Origin: Zootoca vivipara
Taxonomy: Eukaryota
Assembly: GCF_963506605.1 (NCBI RefSeq)
Contig: NC_083277.1
Coordinates: 48,608,001-48,672,000 of the forward strand
Direction: 5' to 3'
DNA length: 64,000 bases
Shown piece after piece: positions 38,106 through 51,072 of the stretch (position 1 is its first letter; each line of letters starts with the position of its first letter). Below the pieces are notes generated by a model. The model did not search any database. It was not told the DNA's origin and saw nothing but the letters and a program-made list of their open reading frames with translations. The position numbers and the translations under genes are program-made.

Positions 38106-39502
38106 AGGGCCATGAGAGAATGACTACATAAGTCCCTTGCTTTCCTCCTTATAAATAGCTTGACAGCCAATAGCTTGATAACCAATGCAATACTGTGTTG
38201 ATTTTAGGACTGAACTACTGAAACTACTCGCCTTGTTTTATGTCCTGCTTTCAGCCATTTATAGTTTACTGCAAAATTCATTTATTCATTTATGTCCGCC
38301 TAAGAACAAGTTCCCTAGAGCAAAAATTACAGCAACAATGTAAGTCAACAAATTAAAGAAAAACACACAAGTGATCAAAATGCATTCCTAAAAGCAAGAA
38401 GTATGAACAGTAAAATCCACTGTACTAAAGCAAATTTTAGAATCACTCTATAATTTGAAAAACTGGGGAAATTAAAAAGGTGCTTGTCTGATGCTGAACT
38501 GACATTGATATGGGAGCCAAGCAAGCTGAGGCCACTACTGAGAAGCCCCTTTTGCTTGTTTCACATCACACAGCTGGGGCATTCATAGAAAGGACTGAGA
38601 CCTGACAGCCTTAGGTGTTGTTTCAATATTGTTTTAATCACAGTAATTTTTCTGGTCCCCATAACAACAGGTCCATGAGCACATGTGTAAGAAGATTCAG
38701 GTTTGCAAGTATGTATGTGCAGGCACAAATATTTGGTAACAACTACAAAAAGATGCACATTCTTTCACTTTTTTCATATTATTATTAATAATAATAATAA
38801 AGCTCTGCTGCTGGAGGGAGTAGCAGAACTTATCTTGTCAACCTCCGTTTGGCTTCTGACATTTTCTTTCCCATGAATGCCCTGGATGTAGCAATATTGG
38901 AGGCGTTTGGGGAGAAAATGGCACCTACCACACAAAAATAGTGGTGACTGCCCTTCCCCCTTCCAAAAATGCTGTAGGAAAAAAAGCTATGTATGTGGCA
39001 TTGTGAAAGAGGGAAATGTAGCTGTCAGCCAGTGGCTGCCAAGAGGAGCTCTAAATCCCAACACAACTGTGTTTTAAGATAAAGGACTGAAACTGCCATG
39101 GCCACCACTAAGCCTCCACCCCAACAAATTTTTCAGTTTAATCTCCCCATGATAAATTACCGAAATCCCAGCTCTTCTCTTATTCTCCGGTACTTCCCCT
39201 TGATAGAGGTCTGTTATTGGTGAAGAAAGGTAAAAATGAGCCCCCTTACATGCAACAAGGAGGGGATAGGTATAGTGCTGTGATACCATGGCTGGAGGGG
39301 AAGATGAGCAGTAGCAGCAAGGAGGTAGTGTTGGGGGTCCTGCTGCCAGTGGGTCTGGTGGTTGGACATGAAAGAAGCCCTTTCAACAATGGCAGAAGCT
39401 AATGATCCTTAAGAGACCCTGGGCATAAACTGAAATTACCGGTAAATCATGAAGCGCAGGAGACGGCAAAACCATCACAGGATGAGGATATACGGTTTAA
39501 AT

Positions 39503-39635
39503 CAGGCATAGGCAAACTCAGCCCCCCAGATGTTTTGGGACTACAACTCCCATGATCCCTAGCTAACAGGGCCAGTGGTCAGGGATGATGGGAATTGTAG
39601 TCCCAAAACATCTGGAAGGTTGAGTTTGCCTATGC
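39503..39635. mobile_element. hAT-Charlie-like palindromic MITE
   Basis: TIR GCATAGGCAAACTCA; interior as in 23065-23200. Confidence 0.82.
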
Positions 39636-40617
39636 AATGGCAACAGCCCAGAAGAGGTAGCCACAAACTGCTTTACCCTCCCTATTTATTTACTTAATTC
39701 TTTAGTAACTTATTTATCTGAATAGATTTGTGAAGCAGTATTTGCTTGCTTGACTGGATCTGATCATCATGGATATCCAATGAATGATATAAAATAGAAA
39801 GTGAACTCCATTATAGAATTATGAAAAATGTTTACACCTGGTGCCAAAGTGTAGAAATGTTTCAAAAGAAAATCCTCTGGTGAGGAGCAGTCATCTCAAC
39901 AGTAGACGGGATAAAATTTGCTTATCTGTTATAGAAAGAGATGTAATTTTATTGAATAGTCAGTTAAGTATTATTAAAGGAAACAATTTAATAAGATACA
40001 TTGCTAACTGAATATGAAATTGATTGGAATAAAAAAGAGAGATTGCTTTTAGGCAATGAAGCAAGAAGTAAACATTTTGTGTTTTGCTAGATAGAGATAA
40101 AATTGTTATCCTGAATTCAGAGACCTTTTCTGAGATGGGACACCTGGTTTAACCTTTGTACAGCAAATGCTGGTACCAGATATTCAATGTGCCAGATATT
40201 CAGTGATTTATTCTCTAACCAAATTTCAAATACTTAATTCAGTTTGGAAGCAAAAAGGGCTACATCATCATATTTTCCCCACATGCAAGTAACATTGTTG
40301 GATTTAAAATTTTAATGCTTCCCAACATGATCCTAGATAGATCAGATCCCTTCCCCAGCAACCTCTTGTATTTCCTAAATTAACGCAGGTATATCGTTGT
40401 TGCATTGACAGTAGATGTTAAACTGACTTAGGTGGCTTTGTGAAAGTACTATCTCTCAGTTCTTACATGTGACTGTCTTAAAGCTAAAAACACTGCTTGA
40501 AGGCTCCTTCTGGAAAAAGCAGGATATAAATGTAACAAATAACTAAAGTAGTAAAAAGCTCATGATTTGATGTAAATGAGGCACTGTGCAGCCAAATAAG
40601 CAAAGAGGACTCGGTGC

Positions 40618-40785
40618 AAACCACAACATACATTTAAAGTGCATGACTTCCCCCAAAGAACCCTGGGAACTGTAGTTTACCCACCACAGAGCTTTAATTC
40701 CCTGCACCCTTAACAAATGACAGTTCCCAGGAATTTGGGGGAGAAAAGTCATATGCTTTAAAATAGTTTTAAATGTGTGGTGTGG
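40618..40785. mobile_element. Palindromic MITE-like repeat (related copy ~35305-35425)
   Basis: Imperfect inverted arms CATTTAAA...GACTTCCCCCAAA...CTGGGAACTGT. Confidence 0.55.
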
Positions 40786-41344
40786 GTGTGACACAGCAAG
40801 TCCAACCCAGCAGGAGGATAGCAGCATGTGTTAATGTTACTCTACCGGGAACATCTTGCCTGTTCAAAACTTTTACGTAGTACAGAAATGGGCATGGAGA
40901 AGTCTAAAACATGGGATATCCAAAAAAAGCCAGCTGCTCCATTTACTCCATCCCCTTTACACATTTATATCCCACCTTTTATCCAAAGAGCTCATAGTGG
41001 CATAGATGCCCACTTGGTTTGCACTCTTTACAAAGACTTGAGGAATGAGATTATCACCCCTCTTTTATTGTCCATTCCGGTTCGCCCAACCACTGCCACA
41101 GTGTCCTTTCTCTTGGCAGATCAAGATGAGCAGGTGACAGCAAAGGCTGCAAGGTTTTAAGCTGGGGCAATCAGAATAAGATCCACCATTTGACTATTGA
41201 TTCAAAAACCCCAAATGTACTTTGTATAAGTGACTTTTTATTTCTATTCTTTGTATATTCCTCCCCCCCCCCAGTGCTATGGCTGATGGCTGACGCAAAT
41301 GAAGGTTCATTCATTCATTGGCATAGATAGTTCTCCTCCTCCTC

Positions 41345-41497
41345 CTCCCCATTTCATCCTCACAATGACCCTGTGAGGTAGATTAGGCTGAGAGTGGATG
41401 ACTGGCCACCCAGTGAGCTTCATGGATGAGTGGGGCTTTGAACCATGGTCTCCCAGGCCCTAGCCCAACACTCAAGTCACCCCACCACACTGGCTCT
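41345..41497 (-). mobile_element. MIR/CORE-type SINE remnant
   Basis: CATCCTCACAATGACCCTGTGAGGTAG core and a reverse B-box-like TTTGAACC. Confidence 0.65.
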
Positions 41498-42724
41498 ATG
41501 TTATAGCTACTGTTTATACAGCTTCTGTTTATACAGAACAATACTTTGACTGCCCTTTTATCATGTTTATCACTTATTTATTCATCTTTTTAGTTTTAAA
41601 GTTGATGTTTTTCTGTTTTAATTATTTTAATTGTATTGTTGTTGTGAGCCGCCTTGGGCATCATTCACGGAAGGGTGGGATATAATTATTAAATGCATTA
41701 TAATAATCAATATTATAGAATTACAACTACAGTATACACACTTGAAGGCCTTAAGCACCAGTTAGTGAATTTACTTCTCTTGCTGAGCACTTAGTTGCTG
41801 TATCTTGCCTATTAAGCCTTGGAGATTATTTTATCAGCTTGATTATATTTCACTGATAAACAAACATGTGCAAAAAAAGAACCCTACGGTAATTGCAGAA
41901 TAACTACAAAACATAGGATATTGTCTGTAAAAATGTTTGCATAAATAAGTACCTAAGGACATATAGAAGAAAAGACTGATTACCTACTACATACAGACTC
42001 CTATAGGGGACTCAGCTGGTTATATAATTATCAGCAAAGTTTTAAGCTGCAGAGAACAATATGGGTTGTTTGAATACATATAGTAACCAATTCTGTTACA
42101 ATGTGTATTATTTCCTGAAATGACAATCTGTATACAAAGAAACATTTTGTACAGAAGCAATAACTTTGTTTCTCTTAACCAACCGATTTTTTTTTAAATG
42201 CAAAGATAATGGAGTAGAGTGTAGAAACTGGTGGGATCCATTTTCTGGATCCATGTCAGGAAGTAGCAAGATAAAGAACCTACCTAAATGAAGCAACAAA
42301 TATGAAGAGTTGGTTTTGGGGTGGTTTTTTTGTTTTTTGTTTTGGCTGCTCTACCTGCACTCAGGGCTCAGTTTCTTGGTCTGGTTCTAGAATGTGGTGG
42401 AACCCTGGGAATGTCAGAGTGCAATGGAAACAGGCATTTTAGGGCATGACACAGAGAGAATGAACTGGAACTGGTTATTATTTAAAGACTTTAGCTTGTA
42501 GAACCTTAAGATGTTTTTTAAAAACATGTCTGTCTTGGTCATTCTGAAGTCAAAGCATTATATGCATAAAATAACCTTCCAACCTTCAGCTGGAGTCTAT
42601 TGGTGCTATGCTATTAGACAAATAAGAGAAAATGAACTGTTCATATAAGATAGGAGTGGTGACGGTGAGTCCTTTGATGATCTTTCATGCTCTTCATAGG
42701 ATCACACTCTCCCAGAAGGCACAG

Positions 42725-43145
42725 GTTTGCACAGGCCGCTGAGACCATATAACACCAGTCCTGAAAGACCTACAGTACATTTCAGAGCACAATTCAAAGT
42801 GTTTGTGCAGACCTTTAAAGCTCTGAATGGCCTTGGCCCAGTATATCTAAGGAGCATCTTCACTCCCATCGTTCTGCCCAGACACTGAGGTTCAGCTCCG
42901 ATGGCCTTCTGGCAGTTCCCTTACTGCAAAAAGTGAGGTTACAGGGAACCAGGCAGAGGGCCTTCATGGTAGTGGCGCTTACCCTGGGTAACACCCTCCC
43001 ATCAGATGTCAAGGAAATAAACAATTATCCGACTTTTAGAAGACATCTGAAAGCAGCCCTGTTGAGGGAAGTTTTAAATGTTTGATATTTTATCACTTTT
43101 TAAATATTCTGTTGGGAGCCCAGCCAGATGGGCGGGGTATAAATA

Positions 43146-43185
<40 letters not shown>
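42725..43185 (+). mobile_element. L2-clade LINE 3' end with (TAT)n tail
   Basis: Homologous to 14582-14938. Confidence 0.75.
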
Positions 43186-43188
<3 letters not shown>

Positions 43189-43654
43189 CTGAGGGTGCTC
43201 CTGGCTTCAGCCTAGCTTAGCTGTTGTATTTTAAGGGCTGTAATGTCTTTAATTAGCATCACCTAGCTCATCAGGACACAGAGTGTATTGTAGGTTGCCC
43301 TTGACAAGTCTCCAAAAGTTACAGCTAGGGCAAAATAAGAGCACAAAGCACATAAATATGTGACATTAATTATCACATGTGTTTATTTTATGCTGATTGT
43401 TACCTACAAAGCCTTACACCAGCCTGGTGTATCCTTTAGAAACACACCTCAGATGCCTCTTTAGATAAGCAAGGAGGTGCAGCTTTGAATTGCATGTTTC
43501 CATGATGTAAGCTTGATAGCACAGGGGAAAGCCTTTCCCATCAGGGCTTCTACCCTTTGGAATTTTCTTGCAGCTGAGGCTTGACTCTCTGCCCTAAGAA
43601 GACATGTGAACATTTTCCCCTTTAAGCTGAAATTTGGGTTGTGAACTAGCACAT

Positions 43655-44930
43655 ATATATATTTATTCATTTAACAAAAATTGTATGCGCCTTAACTGCA
43701 AATAAAACATCTAAGTGGATTAGAAAGAATATAAAATGTTTAAAAAGCAAAATGAATAAAACCAACTATTAAATGCATGCATTGTATGCTAAAATTACAG
43801 ATTAAAATACATACTGTACCAAACATATATGCCTGGGTAGGCTTGCCTAAACAACAACAACAACAAGGTGTTAGCAGATATGAAAAAGAATACAGTGAAA
43901 CCTCCTGCCTAATGTCAATGGGCAGGGAGTTCCAGAGTGTAGGAGCTGTCTCACTATAATATTGGATACTTACAAATGCAGATTGTGCATTGCATGGCAC
44001 CTGCAAAAGTGTAAGTTCCATAAATCAAAGTGGTTGAGTGGGCATAGATGGGCTAAGGCAATCCTGCAAGTAAACTGGTCCTAAGATGCTTAAGGCTTTA
44101 TGTACTAATCCTAACACCTCGAACTTGGCCAGTAATGAATTGGTAGCCAGTGCAGACCTTTAAACAGAGGTGTTATGTACTGACAGGATCTTATCCCTGT
44201 CAACGACCATGCTGAAAATTTCTGCACTGACTGCAGTTTCCAGACAAAGTGCAAGGGAAGCCCCACATAGAGCACATTACGGAAATACAATCTTGGAAGT
44301 CACTAATGCCCACACTGCTGTGCCTATGCTCTCCTTTCAGTGACAAACTTGGATCCTGAAGCACCCCCAGACCACATCCTGTCCAGAAGTTCATCCTGTC
44401 CAATTTCTCGAAAATGAGAACCGCTCACCCACAACCCCTCTGACTTCCTTGGATTCAAGCTCAGCCTATTTCCCCTCATCTCTCCCACCTCTTCATCCTG
44501 ACAACAGTCCAGGGCTTGGAGGCCCTCACCTGATGCAGATGCTATGCAGTAATAGAGCTGAGTGCTGTAATACTCATGGTGCTTTGCCTCAAATCGCCTA
44601 ATGACAGCTCCCAGCGGCTTCTTATAGATATTAAAAAGCACTGAGGATATAACAAGTGCACTGTGGCACCCCATCGTATAACTGGTTTTTTTTTTGGGGG
44701 GGGGGGAGCAACAAGCATTCTCCAAATGCTACTCTCTGAATTTGGCCATGTAGATAGGACTGAAACTGCAGTAGCACATGGCCCCCAATTCCCATCCCAC
44801 AGAGCAGGAGGCTACCATGGTCAAAAGCAGCTGAGAGATCAAGAAGCAGGAGCAAGGTCATACTTGTCCCACTCTCAGTAAAGGCAACCAAGGCCAATCA
44901 GTAAAGGCAATCAGGGCAACCAAGGCCAAT
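43655..44930 (-). mobile_element. Degraded L2-clade LINE fragments
   Basis: LLLLDLSAAFDH, GVPQCT and TAPTLWNSLP motifs. Confidence 0.7.
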
Positions 44931-46879
44931 AATATACTTTGGCAGCCATGCCTAAACTCAGATAAGAATGGGTTCAGTTAGTCTACGTCATCCAATAATA
45001 GATTCAGCTGCCCCACTATATATTAACATGCTTTTCTACTGAATATTTTTCTTTTCCTGAAATTGTGGTTTACTGTGTTAGGTTTTAATCATTGTGTGAC
45101 AATGAATTTCGGAAGCATGAATGGAAACCTGCAAAATATTATGGTCCTAGGTTGTGATGACTCCCTCGTTCTCTTAGAATGGCAATGGTGCCCACCTGAG
45201 AGGTGCCGGAACTGAGTACTGGTGAGTTCTGGTTTTTTTTTTTTTTTTATAAAAAAAGCCTGCTCATGGCCAATATGTCATTGTCATCACAACCTTTGGA
45301 AAATGGATTTTTAATCTTAGAATGGTAACTCAAGAAATTATATGCCCATGGGATATGGGATTGTTTTAGAAATGCATCTTATATTTTTGTTTTGTATTCC
45401 AAGGTACCCCATTTTCTAATTACAAACCTTGTTTTTCCTTATTTCCTTAATTTGTCCCATGCATTTGAACCCTTTGCAGTTTAACCACATATAAAAATGT
45501 TCCGTATAATACTGGTAAACACTTTATAAAAATAATAATAAGGGAGCTCATAATACATAGAAAACAAAAAGTAACAAAAATAAAAATTATTAAGTGCCTA
45601 TTTTAGATAAGTGGCAGCCTTTTGCCCCCCCCCCCATCATCAGCCTAGGTTTTTAATTTATTTTGAGGATGAAAGGCTACAAATTTGGAAAAGAAAATCC
45701 CTAAGTTTCCTCCCCAGCTCATTTCAGGGAAGAATAAAAGTGAGCTGAGAAGTGTTTATTTTTTCTTCCTCCATTCACAATATGATGCCTCACTAGTGGC
45801 GAGTGGTAGATGAAGAGAAAAGGAAGTGACCGCTCTCCGCAACACACACAGCATGGAGGTTTTCAAAAATAAAATGCCTTCTTTTCTTGAAAAAAATGGC
45901 ACAGAAGGTCAAAAAGTTCTCTCCCTCACTTTCATATTTTCTCTTTCATTGAAGGTGTATCTCCTTATGGCGGAAGGAGAAAAAGAGTTTCTCTCTGTAA
46001 GGCAAAGATCCAAGGAAGCTGCTTGGTGCTGAAGTTAAGTGGGGGGTTAAGTGGGATGCCAATCCCCCCCCCCAAGCAGCAGCATGCAAGCCCCTTCAAA
46101 TTTCACAGACTCCCCCAACCCATACTGGGCAATGTGTGAAAACTTGAAATAGGATCTTGATGAAGCAGAGCTAGGCAGCACCATTTCAAAGCTTTAACTG
46201 GGAACTGATAAAGCTCTATTAAATTTTAAAGATGACCCAAATCCCATCAGGAGGATTTGTGTTTGATAGGCTTCAGGTTGCTATCCCTTTGGGATTTTTT
46301 TCCTCCCAGTTTATTGCTCTGAACCAGCCAGTTGGGCTTCCCATTTGACACATATCAGAAATGGAGGATCCTTCCAGGACACGTTTGGGAGTTCTATGGC
46401 CCATTAGCCCCCATCTGGCCATGTGGACAGCATCCTTCTCCTTAGGACCCCCTTACCAGGGTACCCTGATACTTTCATCTGGAGGAGAGGAGAAATAAGG
46501 TTCCTTCCTGCCCCCCCCCCCACACCCTGATTAGAAAAAGGATCCAGCTCAATGCCTTTTTGTGACAAAAAGATGTGACAATTGCTGTAAGGTAGGCAAA
46601 AACCCCAGACTGGCCCGATTGGTCTGCAAAGAAAATTCTTCCCTGGCCACAAATACAGCGACGGATTCACTCTACAGCAAGGTCATATGGATGCACTGCT
46701 TGCTTACCTCCAGGCAGGGGCAAATATCTACCAGGGTGATGGATGGAATGCAGGAAAGTGGCACAGCCTGCTTTTAAATTTTGACCTGAGACCAGGGATC
46801 TGAGAAGACAGGTTTACCCAGGTCTGTCTCCAAATTCCCATCCTGCTGTCTGGCCTCTAATTGGCCTGTTTAAGGTAGG

Positions 46880-47138
46880 GAAGGACAGATCCTGAAACTG
46901 AGGCTCAAATACTTTGGCCACCTCATGAAGACTCCCTGGAAAAGACCCTAATGTTGGGAAAGATGGAGGGCACAAGGAGAAGGGGATGACAGAGGACAAG
47001 ATGGTTGGACAGTGTTCTCGAAGCCACCAACATGAGTCTGACCAAACTGCGGGAGGCAGTGGAAGACAGGAGTGGCTGGTGTGCTCTGGTCCATGGGGTC
47101 ACAAAGAGTCAGTCATGACTAAACGACTAAACAAGAAC
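46880..47138 (+). mobile_element. RTE-BovB 3' end
   Basis: Matches 294-555; TSD AAGG(T/C)AGGGAAG. Confidence 0.88.
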
Positions 47139-47521
47139 AAGGCAGGGAAGCCCCATCACTCCCCGTGGCTGGCTGGGGCTGAAAATGCCAGCCAGTCAAC
47201 TGCATGAGAGGCTTTCTATTCTCCCAGCTCACCCAAGGCCATGCCAGGCTTAAACCGCTGCTGTCACCAAGGATGATAAGCAGTCTTTATCTAGTGGTTC
47301 TGTCCTTGTAGTTTTCTAAGTTACTGATGGAGTCAGACAGTACTGTGGAATAGTAACGAGGGCTATTTATGCTAAAATAAATGGCCATCTGTGTCCTTTC
47401 TTTCATTCTACAAACCATACCTCTGGTGTGTATTCTGCAGCCTCCCAGGGTGCCCAGTGCTTCAGCTAAAGCCCAGGAGACGACATCATGCCATTACTCC
47501 TCCCATGGGGCTTCTTTAGAT

Positions 47522-47773
47522 TAGGGCCGTCTTAAGCGCCCCTGGCGCCATGGTGCAACAGATTCCCAGCGCGGCGGGCGGGCAGGCGCAGCACGCGGTG
47601 CGGCTGCCACAGGCGCTGCTGCGCGGCGGGCGGGCGAGCACAGTGCGGGTGCCGTGGGCGCAGCTGCGCGGCGGACTGGCTGGCCAGTGGGCGGCCCAGC
47701 TCGTGGCGCCCCCCTGGCGGGCCGGCGCCGTGGTGCAGCTGCGCCACCCAGCCTGGCCGTAGGGCCGGCCCTG
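47522..47773 (+). mobile_element. GC-rich hAT MITE (CAGGGCCG family)
   Basis: Ends TAGGGCCGTCTTAAG...GGGCCGGCCCTG; TSD CTTTAGAT/CTTCAGAT. Confidence 0.9.
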
Positions 47774-50700
47774 CTTCAGATGAGGAAGCATGGGTAGCTA
47801 GGAAGGCAGCCCAGTACTGGAGAAATTTTTAATGGAAAGCAAAACATACACACCACCCTCAGCCATCTCATCATGATGAAAGTAAGTTCCAAACCCACTG
47901 AAATTATAAAGAAATTCTAAAATGCCCTAAGAATGAGGAAGAAAAATTTCAGAAAATGGAAGGCCAGGTTATGGTAAGGCACTAGTGGCACATTTAGTCC
48001 TAAACACTTATATTCTGGCACAATTTTTCTGTAATGTGCTTTATACCACGATCCACATAAAGCATCTGAATTGGCGTGGTAGCACTGTCTGTTAAAATTA
48101 GACCCTGTGTAAGGGTATCAAAGGGATGAGCATGCCTAGCAGGGTGCTTAACACTCCTAATTTTAGGGTTGTAAATTCCACAATAAAAAAAGATAAAAAT
48201 TCACTGGTCCCATTCACCATAGCAGCTTGAAGAAACCTAAAATTCTCATAAAAGTATTACAGCACCACACAGGCTCAAAGAACAGCTCCTTTAGTAAGAT
48301 TTTTTTTAATGGAAAATGAGTTTGTTTCTGAATGAAAGGAGACCTTGCAACTCTTTCCCCCAATTAGCTTTAATCAGCCAGAATGAAACACACCCTCCTC
48401 TCCAAGAATGCAAAAAAATAAAAAATAAAATATGATATCAAGAGACAGGGCAGCCAAAAGGAAGTTATAATATAAGGGAATTATGGATTGCCATTAAATT
48501 AACCAGATGCTTTTCTGAATTGCAACAAGATGATTTAAGAAGGATAATAAGCTGAAGAAAAGCAGAACTCACTGGAAATATGAAAATGGCATTCCACATT
48601 ACCCACAGCTGATGACTAGAGTAAATGAAACCTGCAGGTAATCACTGAAGACAACAATGTTAGGAACAAGCATTTCTAAATCTTTGCTTTCATAAGGGTT
48701 CATCTTCAGCAGGAAATATCTCACAAACAAGACAAACACAAACCAATGCTAGATCGATACTTTATAGGATAATATGAATTCCATTCCAGATTTTGACATG
48801 GAAACACAGGTTCTGAAATGCCAGAAGTATTTTAGAGACCTTCAAAATAGTAAGCAGTTGTCTCCTCTGGAGAACTGGCAACAGCTAGTGTTTCTTTTAT
48901 CCCCCTCGTCATGGTTTGCAATGCATTGTCAAGCATGCTGTGAACTGGACAGTGGCCTACTTCCTACTTCCTGCTCAACCAGTGGCTGCCCTGGGAAACC
49001 ATGGACCCCAGAACAGAATGGGGATAAACAAGCGCATTGTAAGACTGTGACACTCCCTCAGTGAAGTTTTATTCTCGGCGCAGTTTTCCATGTTGCTGTT
49101 TCCAATTCTTCTTAATTTGAGAGTTTAAAAGTGGCATAAAATATAATTGTAAACTGAACTTGAAAAGCATGTGAGGCATTGCTATTTATCAACATTTTGA
49201 AGCTAAGCAGATACACCTGCTGATTCACAGATTGCCTTTTTTTGCTCATCTTTCACCTAATGTTTGAGAATCAAGTAACATGTGCAGTGGCTAAACCCAA
49301 AAAAATGACATCTCCAGCCAGCGACCATATATCAATCCAGTGGGTTGAATATAAATTAAGTTAGCTGAACTCTGTTCCCACTGCAATCATGAGACAATTT
49401 AGCAATTACTTGATTTTAATGGGAATTAAGTTCAATTAGCTTGGTCAGGATCCAAACCAATGCTCAGTTGCTTTTAATCTGTTACCAAGCATATTATGAA
49501 ACTTTGCTATTCATCTGGAAATGATAGGAAGAGTCATATTCTCTACTGAAGTCCAAACCGCTGCAATTCCTACATTTCTCCTTCTAGAGAAGGAATGGAA
49601 GATGTGGGCAGCACCAAGGAAGCATGGAATATGTGCCACAAACTAAGGAGTGTGGCTACTTTTAAATAATATATACATATACAAATCAGTTTGCATAAAA
49701 ATAATGAGGCCTTAACTGGTGGACGCACGTCATCCTTTCTGTAGTGCCAAATAAGTCATATATGTTTCATGGAGTGATAGATAAAGATATTCCATGCAGA
49801 GTTTAGTCTGAGTGCCATTGCCACCATCATAGAATTGTAGAGTTGGAATGGATCCTTAGGGTCATCTAGTCCAACCCCATGCAATGCAGGAACACAGAGG
49901 AAGAGTGCATGCATATAATGAGGAGGAGGGGGGTAATGATGATGATGATGATGGTGATGATGATATAGCCTTGAGGGAAAAAGGGACAATATAATCAGCA
50001 AATCAACCACATGGAAATAATATCAGCATAAGGGAACTACTGGTGCGTACAGAAAGGCAGCTGCGTTGGTTTTTTTGAATGGGAGTAATTCGGCTCCCAA
50101 TACACTGACTGTAGTGAGGATGGCTGAAGAATGATTACAGAGATGGGACTGTAATGTTGCTCTAAAATGGAAAGGTGTTCCATCAGAGCATATCATCAGA
50201 ATGAAAGCATTGTGGCTGTAAGTGTGTGAACCCGGAGGAGGAACTCACCAGGAGGAAGGAAAACAGCCATAATCAGCCTTTCAAGTCACTGTATTTAAGC
50301 TCTCAGTCTTTAAACTGTCTTATAGAGTTGTTGTGAAGTAGCATCTAAGATCATTTTTAAGGCTGTGAACAGAGTTGTTGTAATGTGGTTAAAAGTGTGA
50401 GCTGTGAAGTAACTACTTCAAAACTCACCTCAGCAACAAATCCACAATTTTGCCTTCGGCAAGCCACTATCTCTTTACCTTAATTCTCCCATCATCTTCA
50501 AATAAATACTACCTTACAGAGCACACGGCACTAATGTATTACTGCACACAGAGGCCTTTCCTCGAATGTCCTGTCCCCACCACTGACATTAGTCTTGAGA
50601 GAAGCCAATAAAATACTTTCTCCCAAGCCAAATCAAACATGGGGCTACAGCTAGAGAGACACAAGATTTGCAGAACATGTCAGGGGAACATGATGATTTC

Positions 50701-51011
50701 TCTGGAATGCAAATGTACCCACAGGCAGAAAAGAGTTGGCACCCTTTTTTATAGAGTCATATTTCAAAGACTCTTTGAAATATTCAATTTGCGCATTCAA
50801 AAGGCACTGAGTGTTTATTATTGCTATTATTTAAACAGGAATTTTAATACTCCCCCCCCATTTCTGGTATATGAAGAATTTCTTATTTGTCTCTGTGACT
50901 TTGTGCCAAAGCTGTGACCTATACAGAATATAATTTTAAAAGGAATCTATGACATCTCGAGGCCACAATCCAGCAAATTCATTTGCATGCACAAACAGAT
51001 TGCATGTCACA

Positions 51012-51026
51012 TGTGTGTGTGTGTAT

Positions 51027-51071
<45 letters not shown>

Positions 51072-51072
51072 T
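51012..51072. repeat. (TG)n(CG)n alternating purine-pyrimidine tract
   Basis: Direct reading. Confidence 0.95.

Noticed and set aside
44876-44930. Short tandem duplications (CAGTAAAGGCAA / CCAAGGCCAAT)
   Set aside because: Slippage at the end of a degraded L2 fragment.
46015-46034. TTCAGCACC REST left half-site on the minus strand
   Set aside because: No GGACAG right half at a suitable spacing.
49756-50010. Poly-His ORF
   Set aside because: (GAT)n repeat next to a CR1-like fragment.
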